Program-made: the position numbers and the translations under genes
Shown here: positions 62,368-64,000 of the stretch, one piece after another
Layout: each line of letters begins with the position of its first letter
Position numbering within the stretch: the first letter of the stretch is position 1
The notes under the pieces: generated by a model
What the model saw: the letters and a program-made list of their open reading frames with translations, nothing else
Told to the model about the DNA's origin: nothing
Database searches by the model: none
Assembly (NCBI GenBank): GCA_963807965.1
Contig: CAWEDU010000009.1
Coordinates: 35,577 to 99,576, forward strand
Length of the DNA stretch: 64,000 nt
Direction: 5' to 3'
Origin: an uncultured Thermoplasmatales archaeon
GTDB lineage: Archaea > Thermoplasmatota > Penumbrarchaeia > Penumbrarchaeales > Penumbrarchaeaceae

Positions 62368-63915
62368 TCAAGATAGAGGATCTCTTGTATACTTACCATC
62401 CACGATCCTCATGATCTTGGCAGGATTCTCATCCTTCAGATCATCTGGCAGATATCTTTGGTCAAAATTCTGGAAGGCTACCGGTCTAAGCCATCTTTTT
62501 ATGGACATCATACCAACAGATGTTGTCCACGGAGCTGTTGTGGCAGGGAAAGGACCTCCATGTTGCATGGCATGGCCCACTTCAACTCCAATGGGGATCC
62601 CATTCATTATGACCCTCCCAACCTTTTCAGAAAGGACCTGAACAACAGAAGAAAGATCATCATCTTCTTTCCCTGTGATCACAGTACCTGTCAATTGACC
62701 TTCAAATGTCGTAATGGTCCTGAGAAGGTCCTCTCTATCGGTACATTTAACGATCAATGTGACAGGACCGAACCTTTCCTCATGAAGTAGAGGTTCTCTT
62801 CGAAATAATGCTGAAGATGATACCATCATCGTATTATCGAATACTATGGATGTTTGACCACTATCATAACTTCCTCTTTGGATCTCCAATCCTTCCACAT
62901 CCATTAAAGCAGAGAGTCCATCCTCCAAATTATTAAGGACCCGATCACTTAGTAGAGGTTGGCATTTGCAAACGATCATTCTCTCTCTAAGGGATCCAAT
63001 GAAATCATCCAAATTCGATGGTCCTTCCAATAATATCAGTCCGGGTTTTGTACAGAGCTGACCTGATCCGTGGAGGACCGCTCCTGAGATCCTCATTGCG
63101 ACGGAAATGGGATCTTCCCTTAATGCGTTCTCAGTTACAATAACTGGATTAATACTTCCCATCTCACCATAAAAAGGAATCGGTTCATTCCTGGATTGGG
63201 CTGCATTATGGAGTGATATGCCTCCTTTTCTACTACCAGTGAAAGCAGCAGCTTTGATCAAAGGGTGGCATACGATCTTCGATCCAACTTCTTCTCCCGT
63301 TCCTTGGACAAGTGAAAATGTTCCTGCTGGCAGGCCGTTCTCTTCAATTGCACTTTCCAGAGTCGATCCCAGAAGCTCGTTGGTCTCTGGATGGGAGGGA
63401 TGACCTTTGGCCAGGACAGTGCACCCTGCAGCAAGTGCGGATACGGTATCTCCACCACATACTCCGAATGCAAGCGGAAAATTGGATGCTCCAAATACAG
63501 CGACCGGACCCACGGGGATCAGGATCCTTCTGATATCTGGTTTAGGTGAAGGGAACCTATTTACGTCTCCCAGATCGATGATGGCTTCCTGATATGAACC
63601 CTTCTCTATCAGTTCGGCAAAGGATCGGAATTGATCGCTTGTCCTTTTTAACTCTCCTCTCAACCTTTTAGATCCTATCGCTGTTTCCCTGTCTGTGATC
63701 TTAATAAGGTCTTCTCTAATGTGTAACAGTTTATCCCCCAAGCACCTCAAGAAAGAAGCTCTCTCGTGCCTTGGGACGTTCTTGAAAAATTGAAAAGCTC
63801 TCTCTGATTCCTCTATTATGTTATCAATATCTTCTGTTGGAGTGTCAGTGAATTCCTTTTCGGCAGGTTTTCCTGTTCTTGGATCTATTCCTCTAAAAGT
63901 TACTGTCAATATCAT
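62368..63915 (-). CDS. NADP-dependent aldehyde dehydrogenase, alpha-ketoglutaric semialdehyde dehydrogenase-like
   Basis: GPVAVFGASNFPLAF...GGDT.SALAAGC, FTGS, GEMGS.NP, GQ.CTKPG, EE.FGP, HGGP.PAT. Confidence 0.9.
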   Translation of the reverse strand: MILTVTFRGIDPRTGKPAEKEFTDTPTEDIDNIIEESERAFQFFKNVPRHERASFLRCLGDKLLHIREDLIKITDRETAIGSKRLRGELKRTSDQFRSFAELIEKGSYQEAIIDLGDVNRFPSPKPDIRRILIPVGPVAVFGASNFPLAFGVCGGDTVSALAAGCTVLAKGHPSHPETNELLGSTLESAIEENGLPAGTFSLVQGTGEEVGSKIVCHPLIKAAAFTGSRKGGISLHNAAQSRNEPIPFYGEMGSINPVIVTENALREDPISVAMRISGAVLHGSGQLCTKPGLILLEGPSNLDDFIGSLRERMIVCKCQPLLSDRVLNNLEDGLSALMDVEGLEIQRGSYDSGQTSIVFDNTMMVSSSALFRREPLLHEERFGPVTLIVKCTDREDLLRTITTFEGQLTGTVITGKEDDDLSSVVQVLSEKVGRVIMNGIPIGVEVGHAMQHGGPFPATTAPWTTSVGMMSIKRWLRPVAFQNFDQRYLPDDLKDENPAKIMRIVDGKYTRDPLS

Positions 63916-64000
63916 CCCCCCCTTTTTTCCAAATTATTTTTAACTGAAAGAATACCTTTCATCATTTTCTCCGTTCTATCCACTTCCTGAAGGTCTCCAA

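Noticed and set aside
797..63592. Numerous 60-235 aa ORFs antisense to or nested in recognised genes (e.g. 53923-54630, 40308-40781, 19029-19250)
   Set aside because: These are shadow ORFs opposite well-supported genes, with Ser/Leu/Phe-biased composition and no motifs.

Overview
This is an archaeal chromosomal segment, most likely from a Thermoplasmatota lineage; the inference rests on SecY carrying two extra N-terminal TM helices, a class II HMG-CoA reductase, CarS, proteasome beta plus aCPSF1, and membrane-anchored S8 proteases. Layout: (1) a complete S10/spc-type ribosomal protein cluster, rpl3 to secY, on the minus strand (1.1-15.5 kb), then pheT; (2) an accessory block of about 22 kb with a nitroreductase, a dodecin missing from the ORF track, large secreted Ig/FN3/beta-propeller proteins, bacterial-type SbcCD, a two-domain PPK2 and a beta-helix protein; (3) truA, trmJ, two S8 proteases, carS, psmB-aCPSF1, a presenilin-family protease with a large inserted domain, and HMGR; (4) the rps13-rps4-rps11-rpoD operon, tRNA-Leu(GAG) and an aldehyde dehydrogenase. 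About 20 single-base frameshifts, several in essential r-protein genes, indicate an unpolished (probably long-read) consensus, so split genes are reported joined. The most unusual feature is non-coding. tRNA-Leu is preceded by a duplicate of its own leader and 5' end enclosing a hairpin-dense insert. It is followed by three tandem 162-176 bp units, each starting with the tRNA 3' end and built from three equally sized hairpins. Structured leaders that can sequester the Shine-Dalgarno sequence precede both r-protein operons. All structures were found by eye; no folding or database search was run.
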